A stretch of 64,000 bases of DNA from Bdellovibrio sp. (GCA_036677065.1 JAKFBS010000004.1:544001-608000), one strand, 5' to 3'. Numbered from the stretch's first letter, positions 1-10,210 are shown. Translations and numbers: made by a program. Notes: generated by a model from the letters alone, not told the origin.

Positions 1-1
1 T

Positions 2-1441
2 GAAGGCAAGATCTTTAGCATCGGTGGTCATAAGATTGATTGGAATGATGACTTTGCTCAAATCGTTGATGGAAAATTAGTTATTAAAAAACAAGAGATC
101 CTTTTAGCGGGTCTTTGGACGATCAATTTAAAAAATGCAAAGAACAAAGTGGTTTTTACAGTTAAGCAAACTGATTTAAATGCTTTAAGAACATTCGTTT
201 TGCCAGTCAGTGCAACAGCCGCGATTATGACTGTGCCAGAACCCGCATCAGCGGATGTCAGCGGTACGGCTGAAGTTGCAGTCATGCCAACAATTGCTCC
301 AGGTACTACGGTATGCTTGTCATCGCGTAATTTAATTACCCAGTACTTAATGTGTAAAAGTTTAACTCCGGTGCCTTCAGTAGAGAGTGAAGCGCAATAC
401 CCTGAAGTCGCTATCAGTAAGAAAAAAGCTAACAAATTTGGCCGGGTTATTTTAAATCAACCTAAAAAAAGTATTCTATTCGATGTTAAAGTAAATCAAG
501 TTGAATCGATTAAACTGACAACACGTAAACGTCTTATTATTCCGTCTACAGTAAAGAAAAATGTAGCTCGTAAAGATTACCAAATTAAATTTGTCGATAT
601 GGAATGGGATAACTATTCTTGGGAAACAAATGTGGGTTATGATCAAGAGGCATTTCGTGTTCCTAATGACAATCTAGTAACTGTATATCAAGATTATTTT
701 AATAAAGATCATTCAAATAAAGAATTAGACCTTGTGTATTATGTGCCGCCATATAAACGGATGAAAATTATGAATATGTATTCGTTTTCGCCGTTTTTCG
801 GGTTCTCAAAATTTGCCGGAAACACGCGTACGAAAAATGTATCAATCTTATCTGAATACGATATCAGTCTGCGCACTTATATTATGATGCAAATGCCGAA
901 AGAGCAAAAATGGAAATGGTTTACTCAGTACTTTCATTTTTGGACGGCTTCTGCGAATTTTCGTTCGATTAAATATGTATCTGAAGCCAGTAGCGTAACC
1001 ATTGCTAATCCAAGTGGATTTTTATACAACTTTTCTGGTTCGGTGAATCGCGCCTATAATGATCGTATTAGTTACGCGTTTCGCGCGGCCATAGAAAAGA
1101 ACACGGCCATTGATTATCAATCGGCGGTGGCGTCGCAGGTCAATATGAGTTCAGTTTTAAATAAAGAGATCGGCTTGCAGGGAAGTCTTAACCTGTATGA
1201 TAAAGGTCGCTTTGTAAGCTTTTTACATGCGGGTTATTCAATGCTGCTGCCGACTGATATTTCAGGAAGCACGTCGAAAATTGGCTCGCGTACTTATTTT
1301 CGTACAGATTTGCACTATGCAGACGGCAATAAACTTTTCGGCGTAGGATTTCACTATAATTTACGTGATCAGCAGACAGCGTTACAAAAGTTAAAAGATC
1401 AGTCGTTTGATTACACAGCCAGTTACTCAGTCGCGTTTTAA
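2..1441 (+). CDS. Hypothetical exported/outer-membrane protein, 5'-partial (C-terminal beta-barrel-like region)
   Basis: Frame is open from base 2 (EGKIFSIGGHKIDW...), upstream of the ORF-track start at 149; alternating aromatic strands and terminal Phe (YTASYSVAF). Confidence 0.55.
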   Translation, partial: EGKIFSIGGHKIDWNDDFAQIVDGKLVIKKQEILLAGLWTINLKNAKNKVVFTVKQTDLNALRTFVLPVSATAAIMTVPEPASADVSGTAEVAVMPTIAPGTTVCLSSRNLITQYLMCKSLTPVPSVESEAQYPEVAISKKKANKFGRVILNQPKKSILFDVKVNQVESIKLTTRKRLIIPSTVKKNVARKDYQIKFVDMEWDNYSWETNVGYDQEAFRVPNDNLVTVYQDYFNKDHSNKELDLVYYVPPYKRMKIMNMYSFSPFFGFSKFAGNTRTKNVSILSEYDISLRTYIMMQMPKEQKWKWFTQYFHFWTASANFRSIKYVSEASSVTIANPSGFLYNFSGSVNRAYNDRISYAFRAAIEKNTAIDYQSAVASQVNMSSVLNKEIGLQGSLNLYDKGRFVSFLHAGYSMLLPTDISGSTSKIGSRTYFRTDLHYADGNKLFGVGFHYNLRDQQTALQKLKDQSFDYTASYSVAF

Positions 1442-2910
1442 AACCAGCCAAATAAACCTTTGCTGACCGGATAATTTTTAATATTCGGGTCAGCAGAAGT
1501 CGCGCGTTTTAGCGCCACCTCGGCCTGGCTATCTTGTTTTTTTGATTTTAACAGCATGTAATTCACGTAGTGATAATCAGCTGTTGTCATGTCTTCTGGA
1601 AGAATATTTAAGAATTCTTTTTCTAACGTGCCCATTGAAATCTGGGTGCCTTTAAAAAGCGATAAACCTAAGTGAGCCCATGCCGAATACATCTGTAAAC
1701 AGCTTACGCTGGTCATAGAGTCTTTGTGTTTTTTTACAAGCGCTAAGGCTTCGCTATAACGTTGCGCTAACAGAAGAGATTTAATTGGCTTCACATCAAC
1801 AGTTTTAGGCTGTGCGGGCTTTTTTTCTGGAGCCACTTCGTTAATGGCGTTCGAATTTTTAATAGTTCTGAAATTAATTAATAAATTAAGAACTCTTTTG
1901 TCGATTTCTAATTTAAACTCACTGGCTAGAGTCTCTGGCCCAAGAAAAGATTTTTGCAGCTCTTCGTAAATGGCCTCGATATTATTAGCATCTTGTTTGG
2001 TAATCAGACTCAGTTGGTAAGCCAGGTCTAAGCCAGTTTTGTTCATGATCAGTTTATAAATATGTTTGATTTTTAATTCATATGAATCTTCTTCAGCAGA
2101 AGGCTCAATCTGAATCCATTTTAATAACATTAAAAAATGCAGAGCTTTAAAAAGATTTTTATTATTTTCAAACAATAAAGCTAAGTCACTGATTTTTTGA
2201 CCATCGATGATCTCTAAAAAATTTGAGTTGAATAAACTTAAAACTGAATATTTTTGAGAATCAGCAGGTCGAAAATAACTAAAATTTACCGTGACCACAT
2301 AATTGTAATATTCAAGATAATGAGCATTTAACCAGTCGTGCGAAAACTTACTTAAAATCCAGTCATGCACTAATAAATGAAATTGTTCGATATTAAGTTC
2401 AGAAGATTTTATTTTTGTTTGTGATTCTTTAATGCGAATCGAAAACTGCTCATCGCTGATAAGTTTCGAAAGACGGCTACGGGATTGGGTTAATAATACA
2501 GAGCCGATTTGTTCTTTGTTGATGATGCCACGCTGAACTAAATAGGCCCCGATAGGTACGCCGGTTTGTTCTTTAAGAGCTTGTTCAAGCTGCTGTTGGG
2601 TAATTAAGCGGTGATTGACAAGCAGAGTACCGATACGTGTATCAGTGTCTGAAAGTTCAATGAATTGAATCTGACCTTCCTGAAATACAACAGCGTTAAT
2701 TTGTCCGGTTTTAGTTTCAAGTTCTACGCGGCCGCTTAAACTGTATTTTTGAAACAGAATGATAATTGCGGTAATGTCATAACCATAACAAGATTTAAGT
2801 TTTTCAATATCGGCAAGAATTTTAGGACCATTTGTATGCACAGAGAAAAGGTTTTGGTAAAACCTTGCGCGGGTTGAATCTAAATCCATAGCTGTTCCAG
2901 TTGATGACAT
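1438..2910 (-). CDS. DUF4388(PatA-N)-like domain + tandem MshEN-like motifs + C-terminal TPR-like protein
   Basis: SGRVELET...VFQEGQI resembles DUF4388; RIGTLLVNHRLITQQQLEQALKEQ and PIGAYLVQRGIINKEQIGSVLLTQ; C-terminal helical repeat ending LKRATSADPN. Confidence 0.6.
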   Translation of the reverse strand: MSSTGTAMDLDSTRARFYQNLFSVHTNGPKILADIEKLKSCYGYDITAIIILFQKYSLSGRVELETKTGQINAVVFQEGQIQFIELSDTDTRIGTLLVNHRLITQQQLEQALKEQTGVPIGAYLVQRGIINKEQIGSVLLTQSRSRLSKLISDEQFSIRIKESQTKIKSSELNIEQFHLLVHDWILSKFSHDWLNAHYLEYYNYVVTVNFSYFRPADSQKYSVLSLFNSNFLEIIDGQKISDLALLFENNKNLFKALHFLMLLKWIQIEPSAEEDSYELKIKHIYKLIMNKTGLDLAYQLSLITKQDANNIEAIYEELQKSFLGPETLASEFKLEIDKRVLNLLINFRTIKNSNAINEVAPEKKPAQPKTVDVKPIKSLLLAQRYSEALALVKKHKDSMTSVSCLQMYSAWAHLGLSLFKGTQISMGTLEKEFLNILPEDMTTADYHYVNYMLLKSKKQDSQAEVALKRATSADPNIKNYPVSKGLFGWF

Positions 2911-3001
2911 TGCTATGACAATTTTAGTCTAATTTCACTCTGCGAGAAAGCATTACGATTGCGCTTGGCCTAAAGGCCAGTTGATTGTACTTAATTGACC
3001 C

Positions 3002-3025
3002 ATTTGTAGCTTGCAAGCTACAAAT
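3002..3025. promoter_or_regulatory. Perfect 24-bp palindromic operator overlapping a sigma70-like promoter
   Basis: ATTTGTAGCTTGCAAGCTACAAAT is its own reverse complement; TTGACC at 2995-3000; ATG at 3031. Confidence 0.75.
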
Positions 3026-3030
3026 TAACT

Positions 3031-3327
3031 ATGTCAAAAGCGCAAATGTACAAACAAGCTATCATCAAAGAGACTTTAAAACGTAATCCTCATTCTGAGA
3101 TTGTCTACTTGCAAAGTGCCATTGATGAGTCACAGAATGCCGATGAAATTCTATTAGCGATGCGAACGGTAGCGTCAGCTCGTGGTTTTAAAAAATTTGC
3201 TGAAGAAGCTGATTTGAACCGCGAAAATCTTTATCGCGTGCTTTCTGAGAACGGCAATCCAAGATTAGATACTTTTTTAAAATTAATTGATCTTATGGGT
3301 TTTAAATTAAGTCTTAAACCGAAATAA
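3031..3327 (+). CDS. Addiction-module antidote-type XRE/HTH protein (TIGR02684-like antitoxin)
   Basis: LLAMRTVASARGFKKFAEEADLNRENLYRVLSENGNPRLDTFLKLIDLMG signature. Confidence 0.85.
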   Translation: MSKAQMYKQAIIKETLKRNPHSEIVYLQSAIDESQNADEILLAMRTVASARGFKKFAEEADLNRENLYRVLSENGNPRLDTFLKLIDLMGFKLSLKPK

Positions 3328-3463
3328 CTTTGTTTGTTATAAGCTACACCTCTAACGCCACAGCAAAAGGGCAATGCGCCTCAATTTATCAATACGGGCA
3401 TTCATTAAATCGTTTTTATATTCCGCACGATTTTTGCTGATTTTATCTTGCTGGAGGTCATAT

Positions 3464-3883
3464 ATGAATGCAAAAAATTTCGCCCTTGTGGGTGGTATTG
3501 TGATGTTAGTGCTAGGAGCGTTATCTTTGATTCCGGCATTTACAGGATTATCATTTGGTTTACCGATACTAAAAGTTGAAACAAGTTATGGTCTATTTTT
3601 GGGAATTTTTCCGTTAAATATTATCAATAAGGCTATTTTAATTGGATTCGGCTTGTGGGGAATCGCCGCAGCAAGCGATCCAGCTCTTGGTGTTCCGCGC
3701 TCGATTACGTTTTCACGTTCGCTGTTTGTTTTATCTGCGGTTTTTGCGGTGTTAGGTTTGTTTCCGCAAACTAATACGTTATTTGGCTTCGCTCCATTAT
3801 TTGGAGCAGGAATCTGGTTACATTCTGTGATGGCGTTATTGAGCGGAATCTTCGGGTATAGCGTGGTGAGACGCACGGTTTAA
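3464..3883 (+). CDS. DUF4383-like four-TM membrane protein
   Basis: GGAGG RBS before ATG 3464; four hydrophobic segments; LGIFPLN and WLH motifs. Confidence 0.7.
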   Translation: MNAKNFALVGGIVMLVLGALSLIPAFTGLSFGLPILKVETSYGLFLGIFPLNIINKAILIGFGLWGIAAASDPALGVPRSITFSRSLFVLSAVFAVLGLFPQTNTLFGFAPLFGAGIWLHSVMALLSGIFGYSVVRRTV

Positions 3884-3887
3884 GCTT

Positions 3888-5030
3888 GTGACGTTACAAA
3901 CATGGAGTGACGTAAAATTTTACTTTACTGGTGATGGGTACTTTCAATCTATCTTAGAAAGAATTCGGGCCGCGGTTCGTGAAGTTCGCATTGAAATGTA
4001 TATGTTTAATTTTGACGAGCTCGGCAAAGCCGTCTTAGAAACTTTAAAACAGGCAAGGCTTCGCGGTGTTGAAGTTTATTTGCTTGTCGACGGTATCGGA
4101 TCGATTGGCCATTTAGCTGATCTGGATGATTATTGTCGCCAGAATAAAATTCATTTTAAAATTTATCATCCGGTGCCAATTCGCTTACATTTTTTACAAA
4201 GGTTTTCATTTAAAGCTCTAACCTGGAAAAACATTCGCTGGTTTTTTATCATGTTTCGTAAAATGAATAACCGCGATCACAGAAAAGTTTTTTTAATCGA
4301 TCAGAAAATCGCTTTTGTCGGCAGTCAGAATGTTAGTAAAGTTCATAGTGAAACCTTAACGCCCCATGGAAAAGCCTGGCGCGACACCGGTGTTGAAGTG
4401 CAGGGCGCGCCTGTAGATCAGCTTGTCAGCACCAGCGAATTTTCTTGGAATAAGGCCAAGCATGGTCTTTCGTATTCATGGCGATTTCATGAACACGTTT
4501 TACGGTTAAGTTCACGCCGTAAACATCGCCTGTCGCGCCTGCGCGAAATGATAAAGTCATTTAATGAAGCCCAGCAAAGAATCTGGATCACGACCGCTTA
4601 TTTTTTACCTAATCGTAAAACTCTAAAGTCTTTAGGAAGCGCCGCCCGCCGGGGTGTTGATGTAGCATTATGTTTACCGGCAAAAAGTGATATCCCGTTT
4701 ATGAAATGGACATCAAAGCTTTTGTATGGCCGCTTATTAAAAGCCGGCGTTAAAATTTATGAATATCAAGACCGGGTTTTGCATGCAAAATCTTTGATCG
4801 TCGATAATTGGGGAACGGTGGGCACGTATAACTTTAATCATCGCAGTCTTATTCATGATTTAGAAGTTGAAGTCGTGATCGACCAGCCACAGTGGATCGA
4901 AAATCTTGAGCGCCAGTGGCAGATAGATCTTAAAAAATCAAAATTAATTAAACCTGACGGCAAAGGGTATTCAAATATTTTTTTACGGGGCATCGCGAAC
5001 ATTTTTTATTGGTTTAGGTATTGGTTATGA
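3888..5030 (+). CDS. clsB: Cardiolipin synthase B-type phospholipase D
   Basis: Two HKD motifs (HRKVFLID, HAKSLIVD), WRDT motif, no N-terminal TM, adjacent to a YbhP-like gene. Confidence 0.85.
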   Translation: MTLQTWSDVKFYFTGDGYFQSILERIRAAVREVRIEMYMFNFDELGKAVLETLKQARLRGVEVYLLVDGIGSIGHLADLDDYCRQNKIHFKIYHPVPIRLHFLQRFSFKALTWKNIRWFFIMFRKMNNRDHRKVFLIDQKIAFVGSQNVSKVHSETLTPHGKAWRDTGVEVQGAPVDQLVSTSEFSWNKAKHGLSYSWRFHEHVLRLSSRRKHRLSRLREMIKSFNEAQQRIWITTAYFLPNRKTLKSLGSAARRGVDVALCLPAKSDIPFMKWTSKLLYGRLLKAGVKIYEYQDRVLHAKSLIVDNWGTVGTYNFNHRSLIHDLEVEVVIDQPQWIENLERQWQIDLKKSKLIKPDGKGYSNIFLRGIANIFYWFRYWL

Positions 5031-5764
5031 AAATAAAAGTAATGACATATAATATTCATAAAGGTTTTTCGACGGGCGGAATAAAATATATTTTGCGCAC
5101 CATTAAAGAAGCCTTAAGTACAACAGCGGCAGATATCGTTTTGTTGCAAGAAGTGGTCGGTGAGCACCGCAAAAGTGAAGAAAAAGATTGGCCCACAGAA
5201 AGTCAGTTTGAATATCTGGCTGATCAACTGTGGTCACACTATTCATATGCCAAAAATGCAATTTTTTCGCAATTTCATTACGGCAATGCTATCTTAAGCC
5301 GGTTTCCGATTGTTCAAGAAAAACACACCGTAATGTCGACCAATCGTTTTGAACAACGTGGGTTGTTGCACTGTGAAGTTGAAATACCGGATTCAAAACA
5401 AAAGATTCATTTGTATAATGTGCATTTAGATTTGTTACGCCGTGGGCGTAGAATTCAATACAAAAAAATCGTTTCTCAGATTCATCTGGATGTGAATGAA
5501 AAGGAGCGATTTATATTAGCCGGGGATTTTAATGATTGGACCGGAGAATTAAATCAGATGTTTATTGAAGAGTTGGGTTTAGAAGAGGCGCACACTAAGT
5601 TTCATAATCGTCCGGCTAAGTCGTTCCCGAGTTTTTTTCCGATGTTAACTCTAGACCGAATGTATTCGCGCAATATGGATATTTTAAACTGCAAGGCGCT
5701 GATCGGAAAACCTTGGGCAAAGTTATCCGATCATATTCCCTTATTAGTTGAGTATGCTTTGTAA
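5027..5764 (+). CDS. Endonuclease/exonuclease/phosphatase (YbhP-like)
   Basis: TYNIHKG, LQEV, GNAILSRFP, AGDFNDW, SDHIP motifs. Confidence 0.88.
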   Translation: MKIKVMTYNIHKGFSTGGIKYILRTIKEALSTTAADIVLLQEVVGEHRKSEEKDWPTESQFEYLADQLWSHYSYAKNAIFSQFHYGNAILSRFPIVQEKHTVMSTNRFEQRGLLHCEVEIPDSKQKIHLYNVHLDLLRRGRRIQYKKIVSQIHLDVNEKERFILAGDFNDWTGELNQMFIEELGLEEAHTKFHNRPAKSFPSFFPMLTLDRMYSRNMDILNCKALIGKPWAKLSDHIPLLVEYAL

Positions 5765-8470
5765 GTAAGTCTCAAGCTCTTGAATTTTATCGCCACGATC
5801 GTATTTAGCGCGCACGTCGATTTTACGCAAATCGTATTCAGGAGACTCAGGAAATAACGGCGTCGATGTTGCCTTTAAATCTTTAATTAACGTTTCTGGG
5901 CTGAACTCAGGGTGTGTGTAAATATCAGTCGTTGCTAATTTCATGCTCTGTGCTTTTTTAAGAACTAAATCACCAATCACGCCAGCAACCGCAGGTGTTG
6001 CCATTGACGTTCCGCTGAATTTTTCGCGGTGATCAGAGAACTTCATCGCTAAATGCATTTTAAACGCAGAAACAGTGGCAACCACTTGGCTAAAACCAGC
6101 ACTTAAATAAGTTCCGATGCGGCCTTCAGCTTTATCATTACCTTTAAGGGCCGCAAAGATGTCTAGTTCAGCAAGTTTAGGAGCCATGCGCGAATCAGAA
6201 GTTCCAACCGGCGGAGACAAGGCCGGAATTTTTTTATTCACAACACTGATGACCGGAGAAAGATCGGTGCTCTTAATCGGTGATAATACGTCTTCACCAA
6301 CGGCAAAGATGATATTTGTTTTTAGACCCAATAACACGTTCGTAAAGTCTGATAAATCTTCATCAGGACTTAAGCTGCCAACACCTAGAATGTTCACTAA
6401 ATGATTATTCGGAGCAACGAAGTCAGCATTATCTTCAAATGGTTTTAAAAAACGAGACGATAAATCTACAGGTAAGGCAGAGTGCGTTTTGCCGTCAATC
6501 CATGTGCTTGAGTTACCTGCAGCAACCACGAATAAAGTGTCTTTAGCTTTAGTTGAGATAATTTCACCTAAGTGAAATTTTACGAATTCATAATTTAAGA
6601 ATGTAAAAACCGTACGTAAATCAATTTCAGGATCTAAATCTTTAAACTGCGGAATACGGTTATTCACTTCAGTACCTAAAGAAATGCTGGCCACTTTAAT
6701 TTTTTTCTCGGCCACGTGTAAGAATGATTCTTCTAATTCTTTAAAGAATAAAAAATCTAAAGGATTTTCTTCGAAAGCGACATCCATGCCTACTTTTAAT
6801 TTAGCCATTAAAAGCTCTGCAAAGGCTTCGCGTTCGCTTTTAGTTTGTGGCTCGGCATTTGGGCCCACGGGATTAATAACTACAAGCTTTGGTAATTTAC
6901 GGTAAATCGCGCGAGCAACGACAGGTTTTGCTAACCAAGCTTTAAACTCAGTGCTGAATTTATCTAAAAGTTGTACTTTTTCTTGTTTTGTAACTAACGC
7001 TGAACGTGTCGTGATACGGATTGGGTAAATGCGGATGTTTGTATTTTGTTTGGCAACGATACCAGAGGTGTGCGTTCCGTGGCTTTCATCCTGAGAAAAG
7101 TCTGAAATATACGGGTGCATAGTTCTAAAGAAATGTTTACGGTAAAGACTTGAGTGGTCTGATTTGAAATCAACGTCAAATAAACGGTGAAGTTCAGATT
7201 TGCGTAACTCGGCAAATGCGCGCGCTGCTTTTAAATAGGTATCTAGATTTCTGTTATAAGTTTTGAAGTTTAATTGCTCAACGGCTGTTTTTTCAATTGA
7301 GGTCACGGCATCGCCGTAAATTTTAATTTTAGCGATACCTGAATTTAAAGATTCGAAATAGCTGTTTTTATTTAAAGCTAACACCGGGTAATCAGTTGGG
7401 TTACGTAATAAATCTAAATTTGACAGTTGTTCATATTCAGTTTGGGTTTTTAAACTCATAATCGGGTCAGCAGCGATGCTGCCACGTTTATGGTATTCAA
7501 CGGCATTTGATAGAAAACCACAGGCACCAGACACTTCGTCTTCGCGAACTGTGTTTAGAGCGTGATCGCGGCCTAATCTGAAATCGACAACTTTTTCAAT
7601 CCCTGCTTTTAATTCGGCAAGCCGTGAAAACTCGTTCATAGTATCTTTGATCAGGTTAAACATTAAATCGCCGTGTTCTACCGAGTTTAAAGAAAAGAAA
7701 ATATCAGCAACGCCGCTGCCAGCCGAGAATGTCCAAGCTGTCTTATCAAAGTAGTAATAAGCTTCATTTAGGCTGCGCTCTTGTAAAGCTGTGCTAGAAA
7801 CCACTGCTTCACGAAAATTAAGGCTTAATAATTTTCCGGCTTCTAAATTTTCTTTGTAAGTTGCAGGGTCAAAATAACCTTTGGCCATTTTTTCACTGAT
7901 AATAAATTTGTATAAACCAAATACGTTAAAGGATTTATCGCTGATTTTCGCAAATAGTGACTGGCTTAAAACCGGGTCAGCTTTTAGCTTTTGCATAAAA
8001 AGTTTAGAAAAATCCGCATCTAACGATAACATTTTTTTAAATACGTTTTCATCGCCGTGAACGATTAAGCCATTTTTAATTTCAATCGCAGTGAAGGCAA
8101 AAAGTTCGGGGTTAATTAAAACGGCAGACGGGAAACGATCATCACCCATAAAGTCATGTCCTACGCCAGTGATTTTACCGTTTTCAACTTGGTAAGAGTA
8201 TTTTTCGATTAAATCAGGATGAGCTAAATCCATGCCGTTATCAATAACGGCAATATCTAGGTTCGCGCCGCGATCTTCAGTTTGAACACGTGCTGCGATT
8301 TCGCTTTGATAGCTATTAAGTTCATTGGTTTGATTAGCTAATTTTAAAAGTTCTTGCGGCAATGCCTGATTGTCGAACGATTCACGCGCTTTTTGCGTTT
8401 CGACCGAACAGCCACTCACTAACAGTAAACTTAAAATTAAACTAACGCTAAAAAGTAGAAATTTAGACAT
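5744..8470 (-). CDS. S8 (subtilisin-like) serine peptidase lipoprotein with large insertions
   Basis: Lipobox LVSGC; IAVIDNG (Asp), HGTHTSG (His), AAGN (oxyanion), SGTSMATPAVAG (Ser). Confidence 0.9.
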   Translation of the reverse strand: MSKFLLFSVSLILSLLLVSGCSVETQKARESFDNQALPQELLKLANQTNELNSYQSEIAARVQTEDRGANLDIAVIDNGMDLAHPDLIEKYSYQVENGKITGVGHDFMGDDRFPSAVLINPELFAFTAIEIKNGLIVHGDENVFKKMLSLDADFSKLFMQKLKADPVLSQSLFAKISDKSFNVFGLYKFIISEKMAKGYFDPATYKENLEAGKLLSLNFREAVVSSTALQERSLNEAYYYFDKTAWTFSAGSGVADIFFSLNSVEHGDLMFNLIKDTMNEFSRLAELKAGIEKVVDFRLGRDHALNTVREDEVSGACGFLSNAVEYHKRGSIAADPIMSLKTQTEYEQLSNLDLLRNPTDYPVLALNKNSYFESLNSGIAKIKIYGDAVTSIEKTAVEQLNFKTYNRNLDTYLKAARAFAELRKSELHRLFDVDFKSDHSSLYRKHFFRTMHPYISDFSQDESHGTHTSGIVAKQNTNIRIYPIRITTRSALVTKQEKVQLLDKFSTEFKAWLAKPVVARAIYRKLPKLVVINPVGPNAEPQTKSEREAFAELLMAKLKVGMDVAFEENPLDFLFFKELEESFLHVAEKKIKVASISLGTEVNNRIPQFKDLDPEIDLRTVFTFLNYEFVKFHLGEIISTKAKDTLFVVAAGNSSTWIDGKTHSALPVDLSSRFLKPFEDNADFVAPNNHLVNILGVGSLSPDEDLSDFTNVLLGLKTNIIFAVGEDVLSPIKSTDLSPVISVVNKKIPALSPPVGTSDSRMAPKLAELDIFAALKGNDKAEGRIGTYLSAGFSQVVATVSAFKMHLAMKFSDHREKFSGTSMATPAVAGVIGDLVLKKAQSMKLATTDIYTHPEFSPETLIKDLKATSTPLFPESPEYDLRKIDVRAKYDRGDKIQELETYLQSILN

Positions 8471-8586
8471 CGGGCCCCACCTTTGTTTTTTGATGCTTTG
8501 AATGCGATCACAACTAGCAGGTGGGGGTAGGTGAGTCAGTAAAATTTTGTTTTGCTGACTTTATTCAGCAACATTTTCGTGCTTAG

Positions 8587-9807
8587 TTATAAAGCAATTA
8601 TTCCGAGTGAGGTTTTGCGCTCGATAATCTCTAATTTGCCTGCAGAATTGGTTGAAACACCAAAGTCATTGTCATTAATAATGGCTAAGGTTTTATCATC
8701 TATTATCGTCAGGCCTTCGATTTTTTCAAATTCATGATAGCCACCTTGAACTAAATCAGCAGCTAAGGTTTTTTGTGCGGGCTTCACCTGTGATAAAAGT
8801 TCTTTCGCTGGGTAAGTCTCTGGATCACGCGGCAGTGGTGATTTTACAAGATTTGTGGCCTTCGTTAAATCAACTTTGTAAACCACGTGAACACTGTCTT
8901 TACCGGTATCGCCGTTTTGTTCGATCACATAAAAGTGCGTCTCGCTGACCATGACCAGATCGCCGATTTTATCCACTTTTTTCCGTGTCAGCGAGTATAG
9001 ATATTCACCTTCATACATTCTGGTTTTTGTGTTGAATACACCAATTCGAATCACAGAAAATTCTTTATCTTTATTGGCCTCGTTTACGCCTAGAGGGCTT
9101 TGCGACATAAAAAATATTTTATCATTTTTGTGCCCGATAGCTTCAAAACCGCGATTGAATTTACGAAAACTAAAAGCATGGGGAATTTCATTTTTCTTTA
9201 GTGCAGCTTTGGCATTCGCTGCCGGGATAATGCGCGCAAGAAGCTTTCCTTTTTCATTAAATTCTAAAATTGACGGCAGGTATTCATCACCCACCCAAAA
9301 GTGCTTGTTATTGTCGATAGTCATTGATTCAGAATCAACGCCATTGTTATCAGTTTCGATGTTTGTGCCATCTGTGTTCGTTGCTTGCTCCATTTTAGCC
9401 AATGAATCTTTTGGTGGTAAACCAGTCATCGGTTTATTTTGCAGATCTTTAAATGGGACAGTTTTAACGACGACAACTTTGTTTTCAACTTTGATAAATT
9501 TCAATTGCACGAAGCTAGGAGTAAAGTTTGGACTTATAAACGGACGATGTCTTTTTTTGTTTTTCTTGAATTCGGCGCCATTGGGTCCACGGTCTGTCAG
9601 TGTCCAAAATAGCAGATCGCCATTAGCTTCTTTTTTGATAAAATGAAGCCCCGAAAAGCCACCCCATTTAAAATTAAAATCTACAATGGTTCCTAGGGTG
9701 ACTTCGATTTGAGTGATTGGCGGTGTTGTCGGGGGTGTTACAGGGGTGCTAGTCGGAGCTGCTTGGCAAGCGAATACAAATAAGGGCAAAATAATTAAAA
9801 TTTTCAT
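8587..9807 (-). CDS. Esterase-like activity of phytase family lipoprotein (beta-propeller)
   Basis: Lipobox VFAC; GGFSGL, TDRGPN, DSES, DEYLP, NRGFEA, NDNDFG motifs. Confidence 0.85.
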   Translation of the reverse strand: MKILIILPLFVFACQAAPTSTPVTPPTTPPITQIEVTLGTIVDFNFKWGGFSGLHFIKKEANGDLLFWTLTDRGPNGAEFKKNKKRHRPFISPNFTPSFVQLKFIKVENKVVVVKTVPFKDLQNKPMTGLPPKDSLAKMEQATNTDGTNIETDNNGVDSESMTIDNNKHFWVGDEYLPSILEFNEKGKLLARIIPAANAKAALKKNEIPHAFSFRKFNRGFEAIGHKNDKIFFMSQSPLGVNEANKDKEFSVIRIGVFNTKTRMYEGEYLYSLTRKKVDKIGDLVMVSETHFYVIEQNGDTGKDSVHVVYKVDLTKATNLVKSPLPRDPETYPAKELLSQVKPAQKTLAADLVQGGYHEFEKIEGLTIIDDKTLAIINDNDFGVSTNSAGKLEIIERKTSLGIIAL

Positions 9808-9832
9808 CCATAAATTGTATAATTAAGTCTTA

Positions 9833-10210
9833 TTATGAAACAACTCTTAGCTGTTGATTATGTTTAAAAAAATTGTCGACGTATTCAATCAAGTGAAAGA
9901 TCTCTGATTTGGCAAAGCACTTAAGAACAGGAACGCCTACTTCTATGGCTTTTGCTTCTTGCGATCCAGAAAAGAAAATAAAAGGCACGTCAACTTGTTG
10001 GGTTTTAAGAAAATCGACGATCACTTGGCCATTGCCATTATCCATTTGATAGTCAGATATGATTAAAGCAAACTTTTCTTGGGTGGATATGGTGGTGATC
10101 GCCTCAGAGCCAGAGCTGGCTTCGACGACGATAAATTTATGTTTAGCCTGAAACACATTAGCTAAGGCAAATCTAATTTCTTTGTCATCATCTACAAGTA
10201 AAATTCTCAT
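9833..10210 (-). CDS. Single-domain response regulator (REC)
   Basis: LLVDDD, ISDYQM (phospho-Asp), FFSG, K. Confidence 0.88.
   Translation of the reverse strand: MRILLVDDDKEIRFALANVFQAKHKFIVVEASSGSEAITTISTQEKFALIISDYQMDNGNGQVIVDFLKTQQVDVPFIFFSGSQEAKAIEVGVPVLKCFAKSEIFHLIEYVDNFFKHNQQLRVVS

Noticed and set aside
8475..8526. CCCCACCT/AGGTGGGG inverted repeat that could sequester the S8 peptidase RBS
   Set aside because: The distal arm appears to lie in the spacer of a plausible promoter (CTGACT-N17-TAGTTG, minus strand), so it may not be transcribed; only 8 bp.
8951..9646. Long antisense ORFs (231 aa here; also 15589-16206, 14889-15305, 26132-26446 and similar)
   Set aside because: They lie wholly opposite well-supported genes and have no motifs; codon-structure shadows.
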